Source: Pseudomonadota bacterium (GTDB lineage: Bacteria; Pseudomonadota; Alphaproteobacteria; MPNO01; UBA830). Taken from it: a stretch of DNA of 64,000 nt. Positions within the stretch are counted from its first letter, which is position 1. Each line of letters opens with the position of its first letter. The stretch covers positions 8,273-72,272 of the forward strand of contig JAYZFO010000020.1 in NCBI GenBank assembly GCA_036336685.1, read 5' to 3'. Shown here in pieces: positions 41,034 to 51,080 of this stretch. Both the position numbers and the translations under genes were made by a program. The notes under the pieces were generated by a model. The model saw only the letters and a program-made list of their open reading frames with translations, was not told where the DNA came from and made no database searches.

Positions 41034-42311
41034 TCAACTATCTGCCAAACGGAATCCCGAAAACGCCCACCTTTGGTGTGGATAAAAAAAGTTACGGTAG
41101 GTTACGCGAGCATGCCCGCTGGGCGTGGCGGAGCTAGCGCCCCGCAGCGTTATTTGATTAACCATGAATTTCCCATTGTATTCTCCTACCGCTCCTGGGG
41201 CCGCAACAAAGCCGGGATAAGGCCCATAGGCACTTTGCGTCCACTCCCACACGTCTCCCATCATCTGTGAGGGTCCGTTTTTTTGGGCAGTGTACCGGGC
41301 TATTGGCTTCAGGTGCGCACTTTCTGGGCGATTATGAGTAGCTTCTGATGGACTTGTGCAGTTATAATAATTCGCAGCAATCTCCCATTCATATTCGGTC
41401 GGTAATCTCTTTCCCGCCCACGTGGCATAAGCCGATGCTTCGTAGAAACTCACATGACAGACCGGCGCCTCCATATTAAGGTTTTCAACGCCGGAGAGCG
41501 TAAATTCTTCCCAAGAACCTTCGTTCGTGCGTCTCCAGTAGAGCGGCGCAAACCAACCTTGTCTAAGGACCTCCGCCCAACCGTCAGAGTGCCAGAATCG
41601 AGCATTCGAATAACCACCATCTTCTATAAATTCCAGGAATTCTCCGTTAGTGACTGGATGCGATGCGATTGAATACTCTCTAACTATCGTTTCATGTGCC
41701 GGCCCCTCATTGTCGAATGCAAAGCCGTTACCGGCATGACCCACGACAAACGTTCCGCCGGGCACGTCGCACCAACATGAACTGTGATGACCTTTCACAT
41801 TTGATGTGTCGGTTTCCCTGTATATTGGTATTAGGGGATTGCATGAAAAAACATGTTTTATATCCATCAACACCAATTCTTGATGTTGTTGTTCGTGTTG
41901 CAGTCCCAGCTCAATAAAAGGCGCGGCGTCCGCATATGTTTTTTCATCGGCGGTTTCCACAAAATCCATGATCTTTCTATCCACGTGGAAACGGTAGGAC
42001 ATCACCTCGTTGACCGGGGGGCGGGAGAGAAGGCCTCTTTCTGCTCTAATATATCTGGGCCCAATTGCCTCATAATACGAATTAAACAAAAAGTTATAGA
42101 CTGGATTAAAAGTTTTATAATTTTCTTGGAATTTCTCTAATAGAAAAGTCTCGAAAAACCACGTTACATGCGCTAGATGCCATTTTGTTGGGCTTGTGTC
42201 TGGCATAGATTGGATTTGTTGGTCTTCGGGCGATAGTGGGTCGGCTATGGCTTCTGTTTCACCGCGAATACTCTCATAACGCTTAAGTAAATCTAATCGT
42301 TCGCTATTCAT
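41034..42311 (-). CDS. egtB: EgtB-like sulfoxide synthase (DinB-like N-domain + FGE-sulfatase/SUMF1 C-domain)
   Basis: SPTKWHLAHVTWFFETF, iron-binding HEQQHQEL, and C-terminal LRGASSATPSGHARVTYRNFFYPHQRWAFSGFRLA. Confidence 0.75.
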   Translation of the reverse strand: MNSERLDLLKRYESIRGETEAIADPLSPEDQQIQSMPDTSPTKWHLAHVTWFFETFLLEKFQENYKTFNPVYNFLFNSYYEAIGPRYIRAERGLLSRPPVNEVMSYRFHVDRKIMDFVETADEKTYADAAPFIELGLQHEQQHQELVLMDIKHVFSCNPLIPIYRETDTSNVKGHHSSCWCDVPGGTFVVGHAGNGFAFDNEGPAHETIVREYSIASHPVTNGEFLEFIEDGGYSNARFWHSDGWAEVLRQGWFAPLYWRRTNEGSWEEFTLSGVENLNMEAPVCHVSFYEASAYATWAGKRLPTEYEWEIAANYYNCTSPSEATHNRPESAHLKPIARYTAQKNGPSQMMGDVWEWTQSAYGPYPGFVAAPGAVGEYNGKFMVNQITLRGASSATPSGHARVTYRNFFYPHQRWAFSGFRLADS

Positions 42312-42470
42312 TTTGTTTCGAGTTTGTCGCTATTGCTTGCGCTAAAGTTTTCTAGCTATATCCATTTTCGGCGAGGATCCAACCTTCACTGCTTCAACGC
42401 CGCAATCAAATGGCAACGATCCTTTCTCGATACACTAGCGTTTTCGAAAACAACTAACAACTGACAGGGG

Positions 42471-43175
42471 CTATTCCATATCATCTGTCGCATGATTTTC
42501 TTCCAAAGTTTCGTCGTCATTAGTGACTGCTGATTTTGCAATCCCAACTTTGGCGGGCCTTAAAAGTCTGTCATGGATCACGTACCCGGCTTCTACCACT
42601 TCGATAACCGTGCCGTTTTCCGCGTCTTCTGTTGGAATTTCGTACATTGCCTCATGACATTGCGGGTCAAATTTTTCCTCAAGTGGCTCTATTCGTTTTA
42701 TGCCATGACGCTCAAGAGCTGAAAAAAGCTCCTTTTCTGTGAGCGAAATACCCTCAACAAAACTATCCAAAGAGGTGTTGTCTATTTCAGGAACTGATTC
42801 AATCGCCCTCCGAAAATTATCTGCAACTGATAGAATATCTCGAGCAAAGTTCATGGTTGAGTATTTCCGGGCTTCCTCAAGGTCCTTTTGAGAGCGTCGG
42901 CGCAGATTCTCCATATCGGCAAGAGCGCGCAATAGCTTATCTTTTAGACCGGCTATTTCTTCTTCAGGTGTACTTTCGTCGGGTTGTTCTTCCGTTTCAG
43001 AGCAAGTAGCTTGGTCGCGGTCGTTTTCAGACGCTTCGGTCGGTTTATCACTTTGTACCGCTTGATTGTCAGAACCGCTCGATGATAATTCAGTGTCCGT
43101 TTCACGGGAGTTAGCCGCAGCTTTTGCGCTGTGGACTTCTTCTGGCGATGTTCCCTGTTCTTTTGCGTTTGTCAC
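42471..43175 (-). CDS. grpE: Nucleotide exchange factor GrpE
   Basis: Acidic N-terminal extension, then LLRALADMENLRRR and the C-terminal beta domain (GYVIHDRLLRPAKVGIA). Confidence 0.9.
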   Translation of the reverse strand: MTNAKEQGTSPEEVHSAKAAANSRETDTELSSSGSDNQAVQSDKPTEASENDRDQATCSETEEQPDESTPEEEIAGLKDKLLRALADMENLRRRSQKDLEEARKYSTMNFARDILSVADNFRRAIESVPEIDNTSLDSFVEGISLTEKELFSALERHGIKRIEPLEEKFDPQCHEAMYEIPTEDAENGTVIEVVEAGYVIHDRLLRPAKVGIAKSAVTNDDETLEENHATDDME

Positions 43176-43187
43176 GTTGTTTATCCT

Positions 43188-44252
43188 CTATCCAATAAGT
43201 CGGTCTATCATCTTGGCCGTGTAATCGACCATCGGAATTATGCGAGCATAGTTTAGTCGTGTTGGACCAATCACTCCAACGGCTCCAACGATAGTTTGTT
43301 TATCTGCTTTAAATGGAGCCACGACTAATGAACATCCAGTCTGATCAAACAACGTATTTTCGGCACCGATAAATATTTGAACACCGTCCGCAAGTTCGGT
43401 GATATCGAGGAGCTTGATTAGGAGCTCTTCTGTTTCCAGGGCTTTAAATAAGCCGCGAACGCGTTCAAGGTCTTGGACGGCTGATATTTCATTTAAAAGA
43501 CGTGACTGGCCTTTGACAATTAATGTGCCGTTCGCGCTGTCGCCGTCTGTGTCGGCCCAAGCAGCTAAGCCAGCGTCAATAAGTTTTGCGGTTATGGAAT
43601 CGATTTCCGTTTGGCGTTGTTTGATTTCGGCTGAAATAGCGTTTCGCGCACCGTCCAAAGTCTTTCCGGCTAGCCGCGAATTTAAATAGTTTCCAGCCTG
43701 TGTCAGGGCGGCGGGTGGGGTCCCCGGCGGTATGTCTACCAAGCGGTTTTCCACAAAGCCATCGTCAGTGACGAGTACCGCCAAAATTTGGCCATCCCCA
43801 AGATTAACAAATTCAATGTGTTTTAGGGGCCTCGCGGTTTTGGGTGCTATCACTAACCCCGCGCACTGCGCTAGTCCCGACAGAAGTGTGGTTGCTTCGC
43901 TCAGTGCTTCGCTTAAGCTAGTGCCATGTGAGACGCAGCGCGCGTCGATGCTCTCTCGTTCTTCTTGGCTCAGATCGCCGATTTCGAGCAAGCCATCAAC
44001 AAACATTCGAAGGCCTGCGTCGGTGGGCAGTCGCCCGGCGGAGGTATGCGGCGAATAGAGCAGACCCATATCCTCTAAATCTGCCATCACATTTCTGACA
44101 GTGGCAGGTGACAGGGGTTTTTTTAGGCGTTGTGATAAGGTCCGAGAGCCAACCGGAGCGCCGTCGGCTACATATGCCTCAACTATTTCGCGAAACACCT
44201 CGCGCGTCCGGTCATTTAATTCACTTATTATACTAATATTCGGATCGCTCAT
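43188..44252 (-). CDS. hrcA: Heat-inducible transcription repressor HrcA
   Basis: Start set at MSDPNISIISELNDRTREVFREIVEAYVADGAPVGSRTLS. The ORF is open to 44303. Confidence 0.9.
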   Translation of the reverse strand: MSDPNISIISELNDRTREVFREIVEAYVADGAPVGSRTLSQRLKKPLSPATVRNVMADLEDMGLLYSPHTSAGRLPTDAGLRMFVDGLLEIGDLSQEERESIDARCVSHGTSLSEALSEATTLLSGLAQCAGLVIAPKTARPLKHIEFVNLGDGQILAVLVTDDGFVENRLVDIPPGTPPAALTQAGNYLNSRLAGKTLDGARNAISAEIKQRQTEIDSITAKLIDAGLAAWADTDGDSANGTLIVKGQSRLLNEISAVQDLERVRGLFKALETEELLIKLLDITELADGVQIFIGAENTLFDQTGCSLVVAPFKADKQTIVGAVGVIGPTRLNYARIIPMVDYTAKMIDRLIG

Positions 44253-44375
44253 ATCATTCACCGAAAGGCGTGGGGAATGTAATGGCGGGCCCTGTTTTGT
44301 CAACGGCGGTTTTCAAACCTTTACCAATAAACCTGTGTTGGATAGCTTGGTCTTAACTTTTGAAAGGGGAAACCA

Positions 44376-45092
44376 ATGCGACCTTCTGGCCGTTCGCCTG
44401 ATGAAATGAGATCCGTGGTTTTAAAAACCGGGTTTTCGCCGTATGCAGAAGGCTCGTGTTTAGTTAAGTTCGGAAATACACATGTTTTATGCAATGCCAC
44501 AGTGGAGTCTAGGGTTCCACCCTGGATGCGAAATTCTGGCAGGGGTTGGGTGACGGCTGAATACGGAATGTTGCCGCGGTCAACACATGAGCGGACCGAT
44601 CGAGAGGCGGCGCGCGGTAAACAGTCCGGCCGGACACAAGAGATTCAGCGTCTAATCGGCCGTTCGCTTCGGGCGGTAGTTGACCTAGAGTTATTAGGCG
44701 AAAGGCAAATTCGTCTTGACTGTGATGTGATCCAAGCAGATGGAGGCACCAGAACAGCGTCCGTTACGGGAGCGTGGGTTGCGCTCAAAATAGCAGTGTC
44801 AGAGCTTGTAAGTTATGGGGCCCTGCCGCAAGATCCCATAAAGACCTCCGTGGCGGCAATTTCTTGCGGTATTTTCCAAGGTTTCCCGGTTTTAGATCTG
44901 GACTACTACGAGGATTCGCAAGCGGATACCGACGCAAACTTTGTCTTAACGGGCGGCGGCGGTATCGTTGAGATTCAAGGTACCGCTGAAAAGGAACCTT
45001 TTACCGAAACCGCTTTTGGCCAATTAGTAGAGCTCGCAAAAAAAGGAATTGGGGAATTAACGACGGCGCAAAGCATGGCGCTTGCCGGCTAG
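44376..45092 (+). CDS. rph: Ribonuclease PH
   Basis: [12 protein letters not shown]..., [17 protein letters not shown] and [19 protein letters not shown]. Confidence 0.95.
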   Translation: MRPSGRSPDEMRSVVLKTGFSPYAEGSCLVKFGNTHVLCNATVESRVPPWMRNSGRGWVTAEYGMLPRSTHERTDREAARGKQSGRTQEIQRLIGRSLRAVVDLELLGERQIRLDCDVIQADGGTRTASVTGAWVALKIAVSELVSYGALPQDPIKTSVAAISCGIFQGFPVLDLDYYEDSQADTDANFVLTGGGGIVEIQGTAEKEPFTETAFGQLVELAKKGIGELTTAQSMALAG

Positions 45093-45133
45093 CACTCGGA
45101 TATTAATTAGCTGTTTTTGGCAGGTAACTTAAG

Positions 45134-45757
45134 ATGGTACGATTATTTAAAGAGCCCTGTTTAGTGATTGCTAGCCACAATGCGGGTAAAATAGCAGAAA
45201 TCTCGGCTCTATTTTCGAACAAAAAAATACGCATTTTATCCGCTGCGGATCTTGGAATTCCCGAACCCGAAGAGACGGGGGCAAGTTTTATAGAAAATGC
45301 AAAATTAAAGGCGCGCGCGGCAACGCATGAAACTGGTTTTCCGGCCATAGCCGATGATTCTGGTATAGAAATCTATGCACTTGATGGCGCGCCTGGAATT
45401 TATTCCGCTCGTTGGGCAGGGCAAAATAAAGATTTTTGTGGCGCGATGCGGCGTGTTCAGACTGAGTTGGGTAATAATCCTGACAGGCGGGCTCGTTTTG
45501 TGTGCGCGCTGGCTTTAGCCTGGCCCGACTCTCACGTGGAAGTTTTCGTGGGCGATGTTGAGGGTTGTGTAGTTTGGCCACCACGAGGCAATAAGGGCTT
45601 TGGATATGATCCTATGTTTATTGCCCAGGGCGATGTTGGCACATTTGGAGAGATAGAACCGGCTAAAAAACATTCGAAAAGTCACAGATCTAAAGCGTTC
45701 TTCAAGCTAAATAATGCATGTTTTTCAGCAAATGAAAAATATGACCAGTCTTCGTAG
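45134..45757 (+). CDS. rdgB: dITP/XTP pyrophosphatase (RdgB/HAM1)
   Basis: LVIASHNAGKIAEI, FIENAKLKA, DDSGIEI and FGYDPMF motifs. Confidence 0.9.
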   Translation: MVRLFKEPCLVIASHNAGKIAEISALFSNKKIRILSAADLGIPEPEETGASFIENAKLKARAATHETGFPAIADDSGIEIYALDGAPGIYSARWAGQNKDFCGAMRRVQTELGNNPDRRARFVCALALAWPDSHVEVFVGDVEGCVVWPPRGNKGFGYDPMFIAQGDVGTFGEIEPAKKHSKSHRSKAFFKLNNACFSANEKYDQSS

Positions 45758-46988
45758 GATAAACTTGCCTTCAGATATTTCAAAAACGCGCTCTTTTTCG
45801 GTTATTGAACCAGGAACCGATTGTGGAACGCACAACCCACAGAAACTCATATCTCTCTATGTGCACTGGCCGTTTTGTGAGTCCAAATGCCCATACTGTG
45901 ATTTTAATTCGCATGTTGCTGATGATGTTGATCAGAGAGTTTGGCGCCGCTCGTTGCTGAGCGAGTTAGAATATTTTGGAGGGCAAACACGAGGACGTGT
46001 ATTGCAAACCGTATTTTTTGGGGGTGGAACGCCCTCTCTTATGCCCACTGAAACAGTGGCTGCCGTTCTTCAAGAAGTTTCGCGCCATTGGAAAGTACCG
46101 GAGAATTTAGAGGTTACCCTTGAGGCTAACCCGTCGTCTTCTGAAATAAAAAAGTTTCTTGATTTTCGACGTGCGGGAGTGAATCGAATTTCCATTGGGG
46201 TTCAATCATTTAATGATAATTCTTTGATTTTTCTACGTCGCGGCCATAGCGCAAATAGTGCGCGGTCTGCTGTCTTAGCCGCTTTGCAATGCTTTGAAAG
46301 CGTCTCATTCGACTTAATTTATGCGTTGCCCGGGATGGATATAAGTCATTGGGTTCGTGAGCTTAATACAGCACTAATGCTGGAGACCGGGCACCTTTCC
46401 TTATATCAGCTAAGTATTGAAAAGGGCACGCCTTTCTATTCTGCACACCGAAATGGAGCTTTTACACTACCGGACGACGAGTTGGCCCAGGACCTATACA
46501 AAATTACCAATGAGATGATGGAAAATGCGGGATATTGTCCCTCTGAAATTTCGAACTATGCGAAGAAAGGTCGAGAATGTCGCCATAATATGATTTATTG
46601 GCAAGGTGGCGATTATGTTGGTGTGGGTCCGGGTGCACATGGCCGTCTCACTTTAGATGGTGTCCGTGTGAGGACGGAACAAATCAGTGCCCCAGCAAAG
46701 TGGCTATCTGCGGTTCTATCCAAGGGTCATGGAACTCGTGTTTTTGAGCCATTGGCGCCATCTGAACAAGTGGACGAATTTCTTCTTACTGGCCTTCGTC
46801 TTATGCGGGGTGTGGATAGGAACGCCTTTAAGAAGATCTCTGGCAAGGATTTTGAGGAATTTTTTCAGATGAATAAAATCGAGATGCTTATATCTCGCGG
46901 TCTGATTCAGCTAGATGCAGAGGGGTTACGGTCGACGGATATCGGTCGCCTGCGTCTTAACTCCCTAATAACTTCCCTTCTTACATAA
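45714..46988 (+). CDS. hemW: Radical-SAM heme chaperone HemW (HemN-like, oxygen-independent coproporphyrinogen oxidase family)
   Basis: LYVHWPFCESKCPYCDFNS radical-SAM cluster motif, in rph-rdgB-hemW synteny. The start is uncertain (45714, 45732, 45741 or TTG 45765), and the N-terminus is unusually long. Confidence 0.8.
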   Translation: MHVFQQMKNMTSLRRINLPSDISKTRSFSVIEPGTDCGTHNPQKLISLYVHWPFCESKCPYCDFNSHVADDVDQRVWRRSLLSELEYFGGQTRGRVLQTVFFGGGTPSLMPTETVAAVLQEVSRHWKVPENLEVTLEANPSSSEIKKFLDFRRAGVNRISIGVQSFNDNSLIFLRRGHSANSARSAVLAALQCFESVSFDLIYALPGMDISHWVRELNTALMLETGHLSLYQLSIEKGTPFYSAHRNGAFTLPDDELAQDLYKITNEMMENAGYCPSEISNYAKKGRECRHNMIYWQGGDYVGVGPGAHGRLTLDGVRVRTEQISAPAKWLSAVLSKGHGTRVFEPLAPSEQVDEFLLTGLRLMRGVDRNAFKKISGKDFEEFFQMNKIEMLISRGLIQLDAEGLRSTDIGRLRLNSLITSLLT

Positions 46989-46994
46989 ACAGTA

Positions 46995-48506
46995 TCATTT
47001 AGGTTCGGGGCTGAAGCGTGTTTGAGCGGGGTCAATAAGCTTGCTCCCTCGAGGAAGAATTTCGCGCACTTCCAGACTATGTTCTGATCGGCCGTCGTCA
47101 AGAAAACGAAAAAGCCCGCTTGCCCCCGAAAAGCCCGTTTTGGCCGTTAATTTTGTTTCGTTATATTTCGAGCCATCTTTTGGGCCCATAATTGCAGCCA
47201 ACGCAACGAGGTCATATACCGTTGTGCCGAGTGGATGCGGCTTGGAACCGTATGTTTTTACATAGTTCCGAGAGAAATTGTCGTCAGCGTGAAACGGAAT
47301 GGTTGCGAACCAACTTCCAACTAAAGGTGGCTCCGCTCCTGTTTTATTTGACCCCCAGCCACCTAATCCTAGGAGTTGGACCCTTTTGGTATCGACGTCG
47401 AAATTACCTAACTGTGCCCCAACATTTACAAGCGCTGAGCCGCTAGCCACAACAAGAAGCGAATCAAACGGGATGGTTCCCAGTGTTTCCAATACTTGTA
47501 GGCGGGCAAGGGCTCTCTGGGACCCTTCGTCGCCTTGTTTCTTAAGTATCGAAATTTGATCTAATAAACTAGCCCGTCGTTCATTGTAGTTACTAAGGGC
47601 TCTAACCGCCCGAGCAATGTCTTCTTCGGATTCGCCATATTTTTCTATTCGAACCAATTTTATGCCGGCAGCCGAGACGGCGGATCGCGTTGCGCCTACA
47701 ATGCGGGTCCCATATGGTCCCGTAGGAACAAGCACGGCCAGACGATTCTTTCCTTTTTTAGATGCATACTCCAATAATCGCTTAATCTGTGCTTGTGGAA
47801 ATAGTCCAGCTAGAAATATTCCAGGCTCGGCGACGGCTTGATTGTTTGAAAGTGCAATAACTTTGATTCCCGCGTTTTGAAAAACGGGAGCGGCCCCAGT
47901 TACAGCGTCTGAGAAAATGGGACCAATGGCCAGTTTTATACCGGCTTGTACGGCGTTATGAGCCGCTGCAGCCGCGCCCTCTTTGCTACTTTGGGTATCA
48001 AAGGGCATCAGCACAAAGTTTTCGGTTTTCTTGCTAAAGAGAGCTAATATGGCGGCATCGAACAACGTTTTTCCTAAAAATGCACCTTGGCCTGTCAACG
48101 GAAGAAGCAGTCCCACGCGAACTTCATTAAACTTTGGGGTGAGGTGAGAAATTTTGATGGCTGGACCCTTTGTCATTTGAGTGTCAAGCTTAGGGACGAC
48201 TGATCGTATAATTACTGGCTCTGGTGCAGGGGCGGCAACCTTAGGGGCGACGGATCGTACAATTACTGGCTCTGGCGCAGGGGCGGCAAGCTTGGGAGCG
48301 ACCGGCCGTATAATTACCGATTGGGGCTTAGGATTTGAGTTGTGTGCGAGATTAGATGCTTGTTTTGAATCAACAATTGCCAGCACGGGACGGACTCCGG
48401 CGTTGCGCGCGCCGTTAGTTCCCGTGTCTTGGCACCCAAAAATGGTGATAGCCACCGCCAATAGAATCACCTCTGACGGCGCGGGTAAAGTGGAAAGCAG
48501 TCTCAT
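46995..48506 (-). CDS. Lipoprotein with type-1 periplasmic-binding fold; LpoA-like penicillin-binding-protein activator candidate
   Basis: Lipobox ITIFGC, then a Pro/Ala-rich repeat linker and a Leu/Ile/Val-binding-protein-like body. It is divergent from rsmI, as lpoA(yraM)/rsmI(yraL) are in E. coli. Confidence 0.5.
   Translation of the reverse strand: MRLLSTLPAPSEVILLAVAITIFGCQDTGTNGARNAGVRPVLAIVDSKQASNLAHNSNPKPQSVIIRPVAPKLAAPAPEPVIVRSVAPKVAAPAPEPVIIRSVVPKLDTQMTKGPAIKISHLTPKFNEVRVGLLLPLTGQGAFLGKTLFDAAILALFSKKTENFVLMPFDTQSSKEGAAAAAHNAVQAGIKLAIGPIFSDAVTGAAPVFQNAGIKVIALSNNQAVAEPGIFLAGLFPQAQIKRLLEYASKKGKNRLAVLVPTGPYGTRIVGATRSAVSAAGIKLVRIEKYGESEEDIARAVRALSNYNERRASLLDQISILKKQGDEGSQRALARLQVLETLGTIPFDSLLVVASGSALVNVGAQLGNFDVDTKRVQLLGLGGWGSNKTGAEPPLVGSWFATIPFHADDNFSRNYVKTYGSKPHPLGTTVYDLVALAAIMGPKDGSKYNETKLTAKTGFSGASGLFRFLDDGRSEHSLEVREILPRGSKLIDPAQTRFSPEPK
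48189..48325. repeat. Tandem repeat, 51-bp unit x about 2.7 (encodes VI(I/V)R(P/S)VAPK(L/V)AAPAPEP)
   Basis: Units 48189-48239 and 48240-48290, plus a partial third unit. A few substitutions between copies. Confidence 0.85.
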
Positions 48507-48508
48507 CA

Positions 48509-49441
48509 ATGAATCGGATTCCTAGAAATAAACAGCTTCGTAAAAGAAATAACTTGGTTGAGTTTGACCCTAAAGATGGCGCGAACTCAAGTAAACGGAT
48601 TAGCACTGACGCAGTTTCTGGGCTTTATATTGTTTCTACTCCTATTGGGAATCTTGGGGATATATCCCGGCGAGCGGTTGAAGTACTTAACGCTGCACAT
48701 TTAATTGCATGTGAAGACACGCGCGTGACTGCCAAACTAATACGGGCTTATGGTATTTCGACACCAATGATTGCATACCATGACCATAGCTCTGTGGCGG
48801 TCAGAAATAGTCTTTTAAAAAAGTTACGAAACGGCAAGACTGTCGCATTGGTTTCAGACGCGGGTACACCACTGATATGTGACCCGGGCTTTAAACTCGT
48901 GGCTGCAGCCCTTGACGCCAATATTTCTGTGTCTGCGACACCTGGTCCCGCGTCGCCTATTATGGCACTGGTATTGTCTGGGTTGCCCACTGATCGTTTC
49001 TTTTTTGGCGGGTATCTACCTGTTAAAAAAAAGGCACAAACAGATCTTTTTAACGAACTAACCAATCTACGCTCAACTTTGATTTTTTTAGAATCCCCCA
49101 AACGGCTTCAGCGAACTCTGGCGAGTATGTTGGAGAGCCTCGGTGACCGGCCGATAGCGATCGCTCGCGAGCTAACCAAAATTTATGAAGAAATCCGTCG
49201 CGGTTTATTATCAGATCTGTTACCGGAGTTAAAAGACAAACCAATGTTAAAGGGAGAAATAATTATAGTTGTGGGTCCGGCCGGTTCTGATTCTATAGAC
49301 ATTGGAGCAATTGATACATTACTAGAAGCTTATCTCGAACGCATGACCGTGAAGGATTCCGTCGCGGCTGTGGTTTCGGAAACGACGGCTAGCCGAAAGT
49401 TAGTTTACTCTCGAGCACTAATCGTGGCGGGCGCACGCTAA
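48509..49441 (+). CDS. rsmI: 16S rRNA (cytidine1402-2'-O)-methyltransferase RsmI
   Basis: GLYIVSTPIGNLGDISRRAVEVL and CEDTR motifs. The start is uncertain: ATG 48509 lies only 2 nt from the divergent lipoprotein start, and TTG 48554 is an alternative. Confidence 0.85.
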   Translation: MNRIPRNKQLRKRNNLVEFDPKDGANSSKRISTDAVSGLYIVSTPIGNLGDISRRAVEVLNAAHLIACEDTRVTAKLIRAYGISTPMIAYHDHSSVAVRNSLLKKLRNGKTVALVSDAGTPLICDPGFKLVAAALDANISVSATPGPASPIMALVLSGLPTDRFFFGGYLPVKKKAQTDLFNELTNLRSTLIFLESPKRLQRTLASMLESLGDRPIAIARELTKIYEEIRRGLLSDLLPELKDKPMLKGEIIIVVGPAGSDSIDIGAIDTLLEAYLERMTVKDSVAAVVSETTASRKLVYSRALIVAGAR

Positions 49442-49650
49442 GAATCATTGGAGTTCAGTCTGACGAGGTTAAAACATGACTTGGAGCGAATCAGGGAATT
49501 ATGCGATTTGTTTGGGTAGCTACTAGTTACCGATGGAGCAGAGTAAAGTGTTGTTCATCAAAGGTCACAATGTTGCTCAGTTTTGAATAAGAGTTTGCCA
49601 ATATTGCAACTTTGCGTGTCGTAACGCGTCTCCGACAAGGAAACCGATTT

Positions 49651-50262
49651 ATGTTTAAAATTCGAAATGCCAATCTCACGGCCATTCCTGCTCTCATAAC
49701 ACTTGTCGCCGGGTGCTTACCTGGCTGTATAGGTACGGCTGGCTTTACAAGTGCTACCGTCGGGGTCGCGGCAATGGAAGAGCGAGGCCTCTCTGGAACT
49801 GTAGATGACACAGTATTGCGGATCAGAATTAACACAATTTTCTCTGACAACGATGAACGACTCTGGCGGAAAGTGGGTCTGCAAGTCCATAGTGGGCGTG
49901 TACTGTTAACTGGTGCGCTTGAAACAGCGGAAATGCGTCTCAGAGCTGTGCGACTAGTATGGCAAGCCGACGGTGTGAGAGAAGTAATCAACGAAATACA
50001 AATTACGTCATCTAACGGGCTCGCGGGATTTGCGCGCGATACCTGGATATCTACTCGTTTAAAATCAGAATTACTATTTGATGGGAAGGTGTCATCCATT
50101 AATTATTCAATCGAAACAGTTAACGGGACAGTTTATTTGATCGGCGTGGCCGAGGACAAAAAGGAACTGGAGCGGGTCATTAATCGAGCAAGAGCGCTCG
50201 ATTATGTAAAAAAAGTAGTGAGTTATGTTAAAGTTATAAATAAGACTAGAGCCAAACCGTGA
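49651..50262 (+). CDS. BON-domain lipoprotein (DolP/YraP/OsmY-like)
   Basis: ATG at 49651 preceded by AAGGA. Lipobox LVAGC. Two BON-like halves (VHSGRVLLTGAL... and ETVNGTVYLIGVA...). Confidence 0.65.
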   Translation: MFKIRNANLTAIPALITLVAGCLPGCIGTAGFTSATVGVAAMEERGLSGTVDDTVLRIRINTIFSDNDERLWRKVGLQVHSGRVLLTGALETAEMRLRAVRLVWQADGVREVINEIQITSSNGLAGFARDTWISTRLKSELLFDGKVSSINYSIETVNGTVYLIGVAEDKKELERVINRARALDYVKKVVSYVKVINKTRAKP

Positions 50263-51080
50263 GCGCTCGCTCTGAGGCCGAAGTAATTTTGCAAAACATA
50301 GGCCGGTGCCAGGATGGAGAAATACAAATATTTGAGGGCGCCCTTGCCTTAGCTGCCTTGGATTTTCCCAGTGTCGATCTAACCGCTTACCGTGACAGCG
50401 TCGAATGTATTAGCCAAGAAGTGTTCTCTGCCAGAAAGGAAGGTGTGGGTGTGGTGGATGCGCTTAATACAGTTATGTTTGAGAGAAATGGCTATGTTGG
50501 AGATATGCTTACCTATGACGATCTTCAGAACGCAAACTTGATTAGAGTTATTGATAGAAAAAAAGGGCTTCCTGTTGCCCTTGGCATTCTTTATCTACAC
50601 GCGGCGCGTGGGCAAGGTTGCGTGGCTAATGGGCTAAATTTTCCAGGGCACTTTTTGCTTAAGCTCGAGGTTGGGGGGCGGCAGTTCATTATTGATCCTT
50701 TTAACGCAGGCGCGCAACTCTCTGCCTCCCATCTTCGTGAGCTTTTAAAGGGCACGGTGGGGCTGAGCGCAGAGCTTACACCGGAAAATTATTCTGTCGT
50801 TGGGAACCGGGAAGTACTGATTAGATTGCAAAATAACATCAAGTTTCGCTACCAGCAGGCTGGGCGGGCCCACGATGTATTACGCGTATTAAATAACATG
50901 ATCTTGTTTGCGCCAAATGTATTTAGTCTGTGGCACGAGGTTGGCATTCTGAATGCGCGTTTAGGAAACATGGACGTCGCCATTTCAGCGCTAAACGTTA
51001 TAGCTGAGCGTTCAAATTCAGAAATTGAACAGTCTGAGGCTAAAGACATGATACAAAAGTTTAAATCCAATATTAATTGA
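50259..51080 (+). CDS. SirB1 / transglutaminase-like plus TPR family protein (UPF0162)
   Basis: NANLIRVIDRKKGLPVALGILYLHAARGQG...NFPGHFLLK is the SirB1 N-domain signature. The GTG start overlaps the upstream stop. Confidence 0.6.
   Translation: MSARSEAEVILQNIGRCQDGEIQIFEGALALAALDFPSVDLTAYRDSVECISQEVFSARKEGVGVVDALNTVMFERNGYVGDMLTYDDLQNANLIRVIDRKKGLPVALGILYLHAARGQGCVANGLNFPGHFLLKLEVGGRQFIIDPFNAGAQLSASHLRELLKGTVGLSAELTPENYSVVGNREVLIRLQNNIKFRYQQAGRAHDVLRVLNNMILFAPNVFSLWHEVGILNARLGNMDVAISALNVIAERSNSEIEQSEAKDMIQKFKSNIN

Noticed and set aside
49527-50099. 190-aa minus-strand ORF overlapping the BON-domain lipoprotein gene.
   Set aside because: It is antisense to an ORF that has a lipobox, an RBS and BON-like repeats. 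Its own sequence is Ser/Arg/Thr/Pro-rich with no motifs, so it is a shadow ORF.
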